Assembly: GCA_964016885.1 (NCBI GenBank)
Contig: OZ024744.1
Span: 120,714,001 to 120,778,000 of the forward strand
Source: Eledone cirrhosa
Taxonomy: Eukaryota
Reading direction: 5' to 3'
DNA: 64,000 nucleotides
Position 1 is the first letter of the stretch, and every line of letters starts with the position of its first letter. The notes beneath the pieces are model-generated. The model made no database searches. It saw only the letters and a list, made by a program, of their open reading frames with translations, and was not told the DNA's origin. Below are positions 26,701 through 41,150 of this stretch, piece after piece. The position numbers were made by a program, and so were the translations under genes.

Positions 26701-29700
26701 GTGATCTCTCAATTCAGAGATTCGTTCCTGAGAAATTCTAACCTCATGTCTGTAGTATCAGAGCTGTGATCTCTCAATTCAGAGATTCTTTCCTGAGACA
26801 TTCTAACCACATGTCATAGTATCAGAGCTGTGATCTCTCAATTTAGATATTCTTTCCTGAAATATTCTAACCACATGTCATAGTATTAGAGCTGTGATCT
26901 CTCAATTCAGAGATTCTTTCCTGAGACATTCTAACCCCTTGTCCACAGTATGAGAGCTGTGAACTCTCAATTCAGAGATTCTTTCCTGAGACGTTCTAAC
27001 CACATGTCATAGAATCAGAGCTGTGATCTCTCAATTCAGAGATTCTTTCCTGAGAACTTCTAACCACATGTCATTGTATCGGAGCTGTGATCTCTCAATT
27101 CAGAGATTCTTTCCTGAGACATTCTAACCACATGTCATAGTATCAGAGCTGTGATCTCTCAATTCAGAGATTCTTTCCTCAGACATTCTAAGCACATGTC
27201 ATATTATCAGACCTGTGATCTCTCAATTCAGAGATTCTTTCCTGAGAAATTCTAACCTCATGTCTGTAGTATCAGAGCTGTGATCTCTCAATTCAGAGAT
27301 TCTTTCCTGAGACATTCTAACTCCATGTCCACAGTATCAGAGCTGTGATCTCTCAATTCAGAGATTCTTTCCTGAGATATTCTAACAACATGTCATAATA
27401 TCAGAGCTATGATCTCTCAATTCAGAGATTCTTTCCTGAGACATTCTAAACACATGTCTGTAGTATCAGAGCTGTGATGTCTCAATTCAGAGATTCTTTC
27501 CTGATACATTCTAACCACATGTCATAGTATCAGATCTGTGATCTCTCAATTCAGAGATTCTTTACTGAGACATTCTAACCACGTCATAGTATCAGAGCTG
27601 TGATATCTCAACTCAAAGATTCTTTCCTGAGACATTGTAACCACATGTCATAGTATCAGAGCTGTGATTTCTCAATTTAGATATTCTTTCCTGAGATATT
27701 CTAACCACATGTCATAATATTAGAGCTGTGACATCTCAATTCAGAGATTCTTTCCTGAGATATTCTAGCCACATGTCATAGTATCAGAGCTGTGATCTCT
27801 CAATTCAGAGATTCTTTCTTGAGACATTCTAACTCCATGTCCACAGTATCAGAGCTGTGAACTCTCAATTCAGAGATTCTTTCCTGAGACATTCTAACCA
27901 CATGTCATAGAATCAGAGCTGTGATCTCTCAATTCAGAGATTCTTTCCTGAGAACTTCTAACCACATGTCTGTAGTATCAGAGCTGTGATCTCTCAATTC
28001 AGAGATTCTTTCCTGAGACATTCTAACCACATGTCATAGTAGCAGATCTGTGATGTCTCAATTCAGAGATTCTTTCCTGGGATATTCTAACCACATGTCA
28101 TAGTATCAGAGCTGTGATCTCTCAATTCAGAGATTCTTTCCTGAGACATTCTAACCACATCTCATAGTATCAGAGCTGTGATATCTCATTTCAGAGATTC
28201 TTTCCTGAGACATTCTAACCACATGTCATTGAATCAGAGCTGTGATCTCTCAATTCAGAGATTCTTTCCTGAGACATTCTAACCACATGAGCTGTGATCT
28301 CTCAATTCAGAGATTCTTTCCTGAGAAATTCTAACCTCATGTCTGTAGTATCAGAGCTGTAATCTCTCAATTCAGAGAATCTTTCCTGAGACATTCTAAC
28401 TCCATGTCCACAGTATCAGAGCTGTGATCTCTCAATTCAGAGATTCTTTCCTGAGACATTCTAACCACATGTCATAGTATCAGTGCTGTGATCTCTCAAT
28501 ATAGAGATTCTTTCCTGAGATATTCTAACCACATGTCATAGTATCAGAGCTGTGATCTCTCAATTCAGAGATTCTTTCCTAGGATATTCTAACCACATGT
28601 CATAGTATCAGAGCTGTGATCTCTCAATTCAGAGATTCTTTCCTGAGAAATTCTAACTCCATGTCCACAGTATCAGAGCTGTGATCTCTCAATTCAGAGA
28701 TTCTTTCATGAGATATTCTAACAACATGTCATAATATCAGAGCTAAGATCTCTCAATTCAGAGATTCTTTCCTGAGACATTCTAACCACATGTCTGTAGT
28801 ATCAGAGCTGTGATCTCTCAATTCAGAGATTCTTTCCTGATACATTCTAACCACATGTCATAGTATCAGAGCTGTGATCTCTCAATTCAGAGATTCTTTA
28901 CTGAGACATTCTAACCACGTCATAGTATCAGAGCTGTGAACTCTCAATTCAGAGATTCTTTCCTGAGACATTCTAACCACATGTCATAGAATCAGAGCTG
29001 TGATCTCTCAATTCAGAGATTCTTTCCTGAGAAATTCTAACCTCATGTCTGTAGTATCAGAGCTGTGATCTCTCAATTCAGAGATTCTTTCCTGAGACAA
29101 TCTAACTCCATGTCCACAGTATCAGAGCTGTGATCTCTCAATTCAGAGATTCTTTCATGAGATATTCTAACAACATGTCATAATATCAGAGCTATGATCT
29201 CTCAATTCAGAGATTCTTTCCTGAGACATTCTAACCACATGTCTGTCGTATAAGAGCTGTGATGTCTCAATTCAGAGATTCTTTCCTGATACATTCTAAC
29301 CACATGTCATAGTATCAGAGCTGTGATCTCTCAATTCAGAGATTCTTTACTGAGACATTCTAACCACGTCATAGTATCAGAGCTGTGATCTCTCAATTCA
29401 GAGATTCTTTCCTGAGACATTCTAAGCACATGTCATAGTATCAGAGCTGTGATCTCTCAATTCAGAGATTCTTTCCTGAGACATTCTAACTCCATGTCCA
29501 CAGTATCAGGGCTGTTAACTCTCAATTCAGAGATTCTTTCCTGAGACATTCTAACCACATGTCATAGAATCAGAGCTGTGATCTCTCAATTCAGAGATTC
29601 TTTCCTGAGAACTTCTAACCACATGTCTGTAGTATCAGAGCTGTGATCTCTCAATTCAGAGATTCTTTCCTGAGACATTCTAACCACATGTCATAGTAGC

Positions 29701-32700
29701 AGATCTGTGATGTCTCAATTCAGAGATTCTTTCCTGGCATATTCTAACCACATGTCATAGTATCAGAGCTGTGATCTCTTAATTCAGAGATTCTTTCCTG
29801 AGACATTCTAACCACATCTCATAGTATCAGAGCTGTGATATCTCAATTCAGAGATTCTTTCCTGAGACATTCTAACCACATGTCATAGTATTAGAGCTGA
29901 GATCTCTCAATTCAGAGATTCTTTCCTGAGAAATTCTAATCTCATGTCTGTAGTATCAGAGCTGTAATCTCTCAATTCAGAGAATCTTTCCTTAGACATT
30001 CTAACTCCATGTCCACAGTATCAGAGCTGTGATCTCTCAATTCAGAGATTCTTTCCTGAGACATTCTAACCACATGTCATAGTATCAGTGCTGTGATCTC
30101 TCAATATAGAGATTCTTTCCTGAGACATTCTAACCACATGTCATAGTATCAGAGCTGTGATCTCTCAATTCAGAGATTCTTTCCTGAGACATTCTAACCA
30201 CATGTCATAGTATCAGAGCTGTGATCTCTCAATTCAGAAATTCTTTCCTGAGACATTCTAACCACATGTCATAGTATCAGAACTGTGAACTCTCAATTCA
30301 GAGATTCTTTCCTGATACATTCTAACCACATGTCATAGTATTAGAGCTGTGATCTCTCAATTCAGAGATTCTTTCCTGAGACATTCTAACCACGTCATAG
30401 TATCAGAGCTGTGATGTCTCAATTCAGAGATTCTTTCCTGAGACATTCTAACCACATCTCATAGTCTAAGGCTGTGCTATCTCAATTCAGAGATTCTTTC
30501 CTGAGACATTCTTACCACATGTCATAGTATCAGAGCTGTGATCTCTCAATTTAGAGATTCTTTCCTGAGACATTCTAACCACATGTCATAGTATTAGAGC
30601 TGTGATATCTCAATTCAGAGATTCTTTCCTGAGATATTCTAACCACATGTCATAGTATCAGAGCTGTGATCTCTCAATTCAGAGATTCTTTCCTGAGACA
30701 TTCTAACCACATGTCATAGTATTAGAGCTGTGATCTCTCAATTCAGAGATTCTTTCCTGAGACATTCTAACCACATGTCATAGTATCAGTGCTGTGATCT
30801 CTCAATATAGAGATTCTTTCCTGAGACATTCTAACTCCATGTCCACAGTATCAGAGCTGTGATCTCTCAATTCAGAGATTCTTTCCTGAGACATTCTAAC
30901 CACATGTCATAGTATCAGTGCTGTCATCTCTCAATATAGAGATTCTTTCCTGAGATATTCTAACCACATGTCATAGTATCAGAGCTGTGATCTCTCAATT
31001 CAGAGATTCTTTCCTGGGATATTCTAACCACATGTCATAGTATCAGAGCTGTGATCTCTCAATTCAGAGATTCTTTCCTGAGATATTCTAACCACATGTC
31101 ATAGTATCAGAGCTGTGATCTCTCAATTCAGAGATTCTTTCCTGAGACATTCTAACCACATGTAATAGTATTACAGCTGTGATCTCTCAACTTAGAGATT
31201 CTTTCCTGAGACATTCTAACCACATGTATCAGAGACATTCTTAATAGTGATCTCTCAATTCAGAGATTCTTTCCTGAGACATTCTTACCACATGTCATAG
31301 TATCAGAGCTGTGATCTCTCAATTTAGAGATTCTTTCCTGAGACATTCTAACCACATGTCATAGTATTAGAGCTGTGATATCTCAATTCACAGATTCTTT
31401 CCTGAGATATTCTAACCACATGTCATAGTATCAGAGCTGTGATCTCTCAATTCAGAGATTCTTTCCTGAGACATTCTAACCACATGTCATAGTATCAGAG
31501 CTGTGATATCTCAATTCAGAATTTCTTTCCTGATATATTCTAACCACATGTCATAGTATCAGAGCTGTGATCTCGCAATTCAGAGATTCTTTCCTGAGAA
31601 CTTCTAACCACATGTCATATTATCAGAGCTGTGATCTCTCAATTCAGAGATTCTTTCCTGAGACATTCTAACCACATGTCATAGTATCAGAGCTGTGATC
31701 TCTCAATTCAGAGATTCTTTCCTGAGACATTCTAACCACATGTCATAGTATCAGAACTGTGATCTCTCAATTCAGAAATTCTTTCCTGAGACATTCTAAC
31801 CACATGTCATAGTACCAGAGCTGTGATCTCTCAATTCAGAGATTCTTTCATGAGCCATTCTAACCACATGTCATAGTATCAGAGCTGTGATCTCTCAATT
31901 TAGATATTCTTTCCTGAGATATTCTAACCACATGTCATAGTATTAGAGCTGTGATCTCTCAATTCAGAGATTTTTTCCTGAGACATTCTAACCACATGTC
32001 ATAGTATCAGAGCTGTGATCTCTCAATTCAGAGATTCTTTCCTGAGACATTCTAACTATATGACATAGTATCAGAACTGTGATCTCTCAATTCAGAAATT
32101 CTTTCCTGAGACTTTCTAACCACATGTCATAGTATCAGAGCTGTGAACTCTCAATTCAGAGATTCGTTCCTGATACATTCTAACCACATGTCATAGTATC
32201 AGAGCTGTGATCTCTCAATTCAGAGATTCTTTCCTGAGACATTCTAACCACATCTCATTGTATCGGAGCTGTGATCTCTCAATTCAGAAATTCTTTCCTG
32301 AGGCATTCTAACCACATGTCATAGTATCAGAGCTGTGATCTCTCAATTCAGAGATTCGTTCCTGAGAAATTCTAACCTCATGTCTGTAGTATCAGAGCTG
32401 TGATCTCTCAATTCAGAGATTCTTTCCTGAGACATTCTAACCACATGTCATAGTATCAGAGCTGTGATCTCTCAATTTAGATATTCTTTCCTGAAATATT
32501 CTAACCACATGTCATAGTATTAGAGCTGTGATCTCTCAATTCAGAGATTCTTTCCTGAGACATTCTAACCCCTTGTCCACAGTATGAGAGCTGTGAACTC
32601 TCAATTCAGAGATTCTTTCCTGAGACATTCTAACCACATGTCATAGAATCAGAGCTGTGATCTCTCAATTCAGAGATTCTTTCCTGAGAACTTCTAACCA

Positions 32701-34060
32701 CATGTCATTGTATCGGAGCTGTGATCTCTCAATTCAGAGATTCTTTCCTGAGACATTCTAACCACATGTCATAGTATCAGAGCTGTGATCTCTCAATTCA
32801 GAGATTCTTTCCTCAGACATTCTAAGCACATGTCATATTATCAGACCTGTGATCTCTCAATTCAGAGATTCTTTCCTGAGAAATTCTAACCTCATGTCTG
32901 TAGTATCAGAGCTGTGATCTCTCAATTCAGAGATTCTTTCCTGAGACATTCTAACTCCATGTCCACAGTATCAGAGCTGTGATCTCTCAATTCAGAGATT
33001 CTTTACTGAGACATTCTAACCACGTCATAGTATCAGAGCTGTGATATCTCAATTCAAAGATTCTTTCCTGAGACATTGTAACCACATGTCATAGTATCAG
33101 AGCTGTGATTTCTCAATTTAGATATTCTTTCCTGAGATATTCTAACCACATGTCATAATATTAGAGCTGTGACATCTCAATTCAGAGATTCTTTCCTGAG
33201 ATATTCTAGCCACATGTCATAGTATCAGAGCTGTGATCTCTCAATTCAGAGATTCTTTCTTGAGACATTCTAACTCCATGTCCACAGTATCAGAGCTGTG
33301 AACTCTCAATTCAGAGATTCTTTCCTGAGACATTCTAACCACATGTCATAGAATCAGAGCTGTGATCTCTCAATTCAGAGATTCTTTCCTGAGAACTTCT
33401 AACCACATGTCTGTAGTATCAGAGCTGTGATCTCTCAATTCAGAGATTCTTTCCTGAGACATTCTAACCACATGTCATAGTAGCAGATCTGTGATGTCTC
33501 AATTCAGAGATTCTTTCCTGGGATATTCTAACCACATGTCATAGTATCAGAGCTGTGATCTCTCAATTCAGAGATTCTTTCCTGAGACATTCTAACCACA
33601 TCTCATAGTATCAGAGCTGTGATATCTCATTTCAGAGATTCTTTCCTGAGACATTCTAACCACATGTCATTGAATCAGAGCTGTGATCTCTCAATTCAGA
33701 GATTCTTTCCTGAGACATTCTAACCACATGAGCTGTGATCTCTCAATTCAGAGATTCTTTCCTGAGAAATTCTAACCTCATGTCTGTAGTATCAGAGCTG
33801 TAATCTCTCAATTCAGAGAATCTTTCCCGAGACATTCTAACTCCATGTCCACAGTATCAGAGCTGTGATCTCTCAATTCAGAGATTCTTTCCTGAGACAT
33901 TCTAACCACATGTCATAGTATCAGTGCTGTGATCTCTCAATATAGAGATTCTTTCCTGAGATATTCTAACCACATGTCATAGTATCAGAGCTGTGATCTC
34001 TCAATTCAGAGATTCTTTCCTAGGATATTCTAACCACATGTCATAGTATCAGAGCTGTGA
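23780..34060. repeat. Imperfect tandem duplication of about 5.4-5.6 kb (about 85-88 monomers)
   Basis: AGGGCTGTTAAC at 23871/29508 (offset 5637), the 68-bp aberrant monomer at 25591/31225 (5634) and the 52-bp deletion monomer at 28281/33722 (5441). GAGCCATT, CATTGTAACC and CTAGCCAC are shared private variants. Confidence 0.88.
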
Positions 34061-37000
34061 TCTCTCAATTCAGATATTCTTTCCTGAGACATTCTAACCA
34101 GATGTCATAGGATCAGAGTTGTGATCTCTCAATTCAGAGATTCTTTCCTGAGATATTCTAACCACATGTCATAGTATCGGAGCTGTGATCTCTCAATTCA
34201 GAGATTCTTTCCTGAGACATTCTAACCACATGTCATAGTATTAGAGCTGTGATCTCTCAATTCAGAGATTCTTTCCTGAGACATTCTTACCACATGTCAT
34301 AGTATCAGAGCTGTGATCTCTCAATACAGAGATTCTTTCCTGAGACATTCTCACCACATGTCATAGTATCAGAGCTGTGATATCTCAATTCAGAGATTCT
34401 TTCCTGATATATTCTAACCACATGTCACAGTATCAGAGCTGTGATCTCTCAATTCAGAGATTCTTTCCTGAGAACTTCTAACCACATGTCTGTAGTATCA
34501 GAGCTGTGATCTCTCAATTCAGAGATTCTTTCCTGAGATATTCTAACCACATGTCATAGTATCAGAGCTGTGATCTCTCAATTCAGAGATTCTTTCCTGA
34601 GACATTCTAACCACATGTCATAGTATCAGAACTGTGATCTCTCAATTCAGAAATTCTTTGCTGAGACATTCAAACCACATGTCATAGTATCAGAGCTGTG
34701 AACTCTCAATTCAGAGATTCTTTCCTGATACATTCTAACCACATGTCATAGTATCAGAGCTGTGATTTCTCAATTCAGAGATTCTTTCCTGAGACATTCT
34801 AAACACGTCATAGTATCAGAGCTGTAATATCTCAATTCAGAGATTCTTTCATGAGACATTCTAACCACATGTCATAGTATCAGAACTGTGATCTCTCAAT
34901 TTAGATATTCTTTCCTGAGATATTCTAACCACATGTCATAGTATTAGAGCTGTGATCTCTCAATTCAGAGATTCTTTCCTGAGACATTCTAACCACATGT
35001 CATAGTATCAGAGCTGTGATCTCTCAATTCAGAGATTCTTTCCTGAGACATTCTAACCACATGTCATAGTATCAGAACTGTGATCTCTCAATTCAGAAAT
35101 TCTTTCCTGAGACATTCTAACCACATGTCATAGTATCAGAGCTGTGAACTCTCAATTCAGAGATTCTTTCCTGATACATTCTAACCACATGTCATAGTAT
35201 TAGAGCTGTGGTCTCTCAATTCAGAGATTCTTTCCTGAGACATTCTAACCACGTTATAGTATCAGAGCTGTGATATCTCAATTCAGAGATTCTTTCATGA
35301 GACATTCTAACCACATCTCATAGTCTAAGAGCTGTGATATCTCAATTCAGAGATTCTTTCCTGAGACATTCTAACCGCATGTCATAGAATCAGAGCTGTG
35401 ATCTCTCAATTCAGAGATTCTTTCCTGAGACGTTCTAATCACATGTCATAGTATTAGAGCTGTAATCTCTCAATTCAGAGATTCTTTCCTGAGAAATTCT
35501 AACCTCATGTCTGTAGTATCAGAGCTGTGATCTCTTAATTCAGAGAATCTTTCCTGAGACATTCTAACTCCATGTCCACAGTATCAGAGCTGTGATCTCT
35601 CAATTCAGAGATTCTTTCCTGAGACAATCTAACCACATGTCATAGTATCAGTGCTGTGATCTCTCAATATAGAGATTCTTTCCTGAGATATTCTAACCAC
35701 ATGTCATAGTATCCGAGCTGTGATCTCTCAATTCAGAGATTCTTTCCTGGGATATTCTAAGCACATGTCATAGTATCAGAGCTGTGATCTCTCAATTCAG
35801 ATATTCTTTCCTGAGACATTCTAACCACATGTCATAGGATCAGAGTTGTGATCTCTCAATTCAGAGATTCTTTCCTGAGATATTCTAACCACATGTCATA
35901 GTATCAGAGCTGTGATCTCTCAATTCAGAGATTCTTTCCTGAGACATTCTTACCACATGTCATAGTATCAGAGCTGTGATCTCTCAATTCAGAGATTCTT
36001 TCCTGAGACATTCTAACCACGTCATAGTATCAGAGCTGTGATATCTCAATTCAGAGATACTTTCATGAGACATTCTAACCACATGTCATAGTATCAGAGC
36101 TGTGATCTCTCAATTCAGAGATTCTTTCCTGAGACATTCTAACCACATGTCATAGAATCAGAGCTGTGATCTCTCAATTCAGAGATTCTTTCCTGAGAAC
36201 TTCTAACCACATGTCTGTAGTATCAGAGCTGTGATCTCTCAATTCAGAGATTCTTTCCTGAGACATTCTAACCACATGTCATAGTAGCAGATCTGTGATG
36301 TCTCAATTCAGAGATTCTTTCCTGGGATATTCTAACCACATGTCATAGTATCAGAGCTGTGATCTCTCAATTCAGAGATTCTTTCCTGAGACATTCTAAC
36401 CACATCTCATAGAATCAGAGCTGTGATATCTCAATTCAGAGATTCTTTCCTGAGACATTCTAACCACATGTCATTGAATCAGAGCTGTGATCTCTCAATG
36501 CAGAGATTCTTTCCTGAGACATTCTAACCACATGTCATAGTATTAGAGCTGTGATCTCTCAATTCAGAGATTCTTTCCTGAGAAATTCTAACCTCATGTC
36601 TGTAGTATCAGAGCTGTAATCTCTCAATTCAGAGAATCTTTCCTGAGACATTCTAACTCCATGTCCACAGTATCAGAGCTGTGATCTCTCAATTCAGAGA
36701 TTCTTTCCTGAGACATTCTAACCACATGTCATAGTATCAGTGCTGTGATCTCTCAATATAGAGATTCTTTCCTGAGACATTCTATCCACATGTCATAGTA
36801 TTAGAGCTGTAATCTCTCAATTCAGAGAATCTTTCCTGAGACATTCTAACCACATGTCATATTATCAGAGCTGTGAACTCTCAATTCAGAGATTCCTTCC
36901 TGATACATTCTAACCACATGTCTGTAGTATCAGATCTGTGATCTCTCAATTCAGAGATTCTTTCCTGAGATATTCTAACCACATGTCATAGTATCAGAGC

Positions 37001-40000
37001 TGTGATCTCTCAATTCAGAGATTCTTTCCTGAGACATTCTAACCACATGTCATAGTATCAGGACTGTGATCTCTCAATTCAGAAATTCTTTGCTGAGACA
37101 TTCAAACCACATGTCATAGTATCAGAGCTGTGAACTCTCAATTCAGAGATTCTTTCCTGATACATTCTAACCACATGTCATAGTATCAGAGCTGTGATTT
37201 CTCAATTCAAAGATTCTTTCCTGAGACATTCTAAACACGTCATAGTATCAGAGCTGTAATATCTCAATTCAGAGATTCTTTCATGAGACATTCTAACCAC
37301 ATGTCATAGTATCAGAACTGTGATCTCTCAATTTAGATATTCTTTCCTGAGATATTCTAACCACATGTAATAGTATTAGAGCTGTGATCTCTCAATTCAG
37401 AGATTCTTTCCTGAGACATTCTAACCACATGTCATTGTATCAGAGCTGTGATCTCTCAATTCAGAGATTCTTTCCTGAGACATTCTAACCACATGTCATA
37501 GTATCAGAACTGTGATCTCTCAATTCAGAAATTCTTTCCTGAGACATTCTAACCACATGTCATAGTATCAGAGCTGTGAACTCTCAATTCAGAGATTCTT
37601 TCCTGATACATTCTAACCACATGTCATAGTATTGGAGCTGTGATCTCTCAATTCAGAGATTCTTTCCTGAGACATTCTAACCACATGTCATAGTATCAGT
37701 GCTGTGATCTCTCAATATAGAGATTCTTTCCTGAGATATTCTAACCACATGTCATAGTATCAGAGCTGTGATCTCTCAATTCAGAGATTCTTTCCTAGGA
37801 TATTCTAACCACATGTCATAGTATCAGAGCTGTGATCTCTCAATTCAGATATTCTTTCCTGAGACATTCTAACCAGATGTCATAGGATCAGAGTTGTGAT
37901 CTCTCAATTCAGAGATTCTTTCCTGAGATATTCTAACCACATGTCATAGTATCGGAGCTGTGATCTCTCAATTCAGAGATTCTTTCCTGAGACATTCTAA
38001 CCACATGTCATAGTATTAGAGCTGTGATCTCTCAATTCAGAGATTCTTTCCTGAGACATTCTTACCACATGTCATAGTATCAGAGCTGTGATCTCTCAAT
38101 ACAGAGATTCTTTCCTGAGACATTCTCACCACATGTCATAGTATCAGAGCTGTGATATCTCAATTCAGAGATTCTTTCCTGATATATTCTAACCACATGT
38201 CACAGTATCAGAGCTGTGATCTCTCAATTCAGAGATTCTTTCCTGAGAACTTCTAACCACATGTCTGTAGTATCAGAGCTGTGATCTCTCAATTCAGAGA
38301 TTCTTTCCTGAGATATTCTAACCACATGTCATAGTATCAGAGCTGTGATCTCTCAATTCAGAGATTCTTTCCTGAGACATTCTAACCACATGTCATAGTA
38401 TCAGAACTGTGATCTCTCAATTCAGAAATTCTTTGCTGAGACATTCAAACCACATGTCATAGTATCAGAGTTGTGAACTCTCAATTCAGAGATTCTTTCC
38501 TGATACATTCTAACCACATATCATAGTATCAGAGCTGTGATTTCTCAATTCAGAGATTCTTTCCTGAGACATTCTAAACACGTCATAGTATCAGAGCTGT
38601 AATATCTCAATTCAGAGATTCTTTCATGAGACATTCTAACCACATGTCATAGTATCAGAACTGTGATCTCTCAATTTAGATATTCTTTCCTGAGATATTC
38701 TAACCACATGTCATAGTATTAGAGCTGTGATCTCTCAATTCAGAGATTCTTTCCTGAGACATTCTAACCACATGTCATAGTATCAGAGCTGTGATCTCTC
38801 AATTCAGAGATTCTTTCCTGAGACATTCTAACCACATGTCATAGTATCAGAACTGTGATCTCTCAATTCAGAAATTCTTTCCTGAGACATTCTAACCACA
38901 TGTCATAGTATCAGATCTGTGAACTCTCAATTCAGAGATTCTTTCCTGATACATTCTAACCACATGTCATAGTATTAGAGCTGTGGTCTCTCAATTCAGA
39001 GATTCTTTCCTGAGACATTCTAACCACGTCATAGTATCAGAGCTGTGATATCTCAATTCAGAGATTCTTTCCTGATACATTCTAACCACATGTCATAGTA
39101 TCAGAGCTGTGATCTCTCAATTCAGAGATTCTTTCCTGAGACATTCTAACCACGTTATAGTATCAGAGCTGTGATATCTCAATTCAGAGATTCTTTCCTG
39201 AGACATTCTAACGGCATGTCATAGAATCAGAGCTGTGATCTCTCAATTCAGAGATTCTTTCCTGAGACGTTCTAATCACATGTCATAGTATTAGAGCTGT
39301 AATCTCTCAATTCAGAGATTCTTTCCTGAGAAATTCTAACCTCATGTCTGTAGTATCAGAGCTGTGATCTCTTAATTCAGAGAATCTTTCCTGAGACATT
39401 CTAACTCCATGTCCACAGTATCAGAGCTGTGATCTCTCAATTCAGAGATTCTTTCCTGAGACAATCTAACCACATGTCATAGTATCAGTGCTGTGATCTC
39501 TCAATATAGAGATTCTTTCCTGAGATATTCTAACCACATGTCATAGTATCCGAGCTGTGATCTCTCAATTCAGAGATTCTTTCCTGGGATATTCTAAGCA
39601 CATGTCATAGTATCAGAGCTGTGATCTCTCAATTCAGATATTCTTTCCTGAGACATTCTAACCACATGTCATAGGATCAGAGTTGTGATCTCTCAATTCA
39701 GAGATTCTTTCCTGAGATATTCTAACCACATGTCATAGTATCAGAGCTGTGATCTCTCAATTCAGAGATTCTTTCCTGAGACATTCTTACCACATGTCAT
39801 AGTATCAGAGCTGTGATCTCTCAATTCAGAGATTCTTTCCTGAGACATTCTAACCACGTCATAGTATCAGAGCTGTGATATCTCAATTCAGAGATTCTTT
39901 CATGAGACATTCTAACCACATGTCATAGTATCAGAGCTGTGATCTCTCAATTCAGAGATTCTTTCCTGAGACATTCTAACCACATGTCATAGAATCAGAG

Positions 40001-41150
40001 CTGTGATCTCTCAATTCAGAGATTCTTTCCTGAGAACTTCTAACCACATGTCTGTAGTATCAGAGCTGTGATCACTCAATTCAGAGATTCTTTCCTGAGA
40101 CATTCTAACCACATGTCATAGTAGCAGATCTGTGATGTCTCAATTCAGAGATTCTTTCCTGGGATATTCTAACCACATGTCATAGTATCAGAGCTGTGAT
40201 CTCTCAATTCAGAGATTCTTTCCTGAGACATTCTAACCACATCTCATAGTATCAGAGCTGTGATATCTCAATTCAGAGATTCTTTCCTGAGACATTCTAA
40301 CCACATGTCATTGAATCAGAGCTGTGATCTCTCAATGCAGAGATTCTTTCCTGAGACATTCTAACCACATGTCATAGTATTAGAGCTGTGATCTCTCAAT
40401 TCAGAGATTCTTTCCTGAGAAATTCTAACCTCATGTCTGTACTATCAGAGCTGTAATCTCTCAATTCAGAGAATCTTTCCTGAGATATTCTAACCACATG
40501 TCATAGTATCAGAGCTGTGATCTCTCAATTCAGAGATTCTTTCCTGAGACATTCTAACCACATGTCTGTAGTATCAGAGCTGTGATCTCTCAATTCAGAG
40601 ATTCTTTCCTGAGATATTCTAACCACATGTCATAGTATCAGAGCTGTGATCTCTCAATTCAGAGATTCTTTCCTGAGACATTCTAACCACATGTCATAGT
40701 ATCAGAACTGTGATCTCTCAATTCAGAAATTCTTTGCTGAGACATTCAAACCACATGTCATAGTATCAGAGCTGTGATTTCTCAATTCAGAGATTCTTTC
40801 CTGAGACATTCTAAACACGTCATAGTATCAGAGCTGTAATATCTCAATTCAGAGATTCTTTCATGAGACATTCTAACCACATGTCATAGTATCAGAACTG
40901 TGATCTCTCAATTTAGATATTCTTTCCTGAGATATTCTAACCACATGTAATAGTATTAGAGCTGTAATCTCTCAATTCAGAGATTCTTTCCTGAGACATT
41001 CTAACCACATGTCATTGTATCAGAGCTGTGATCTCTCAATTCAGAGATTCTTTCCTGAGACATTCTAACCACATGTCATAGTATCAGAACTGTGATCTCT
41101 CAATTCAGAAATTCTTTCCTGAGACATTCTAACCACATGTCATAGTAACA
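33900..41150. repeat. Imperfect tandem duplication of about 3.8 kb (59-60 monomers)
   Basis: ACCAGATGTC (G at 34101/37876, offset 3775) and CAATGCAG (G at 36500/40337, offset 3837). GTGGTCTC and ATCCGAGC are shared. Confidence 0.85.
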
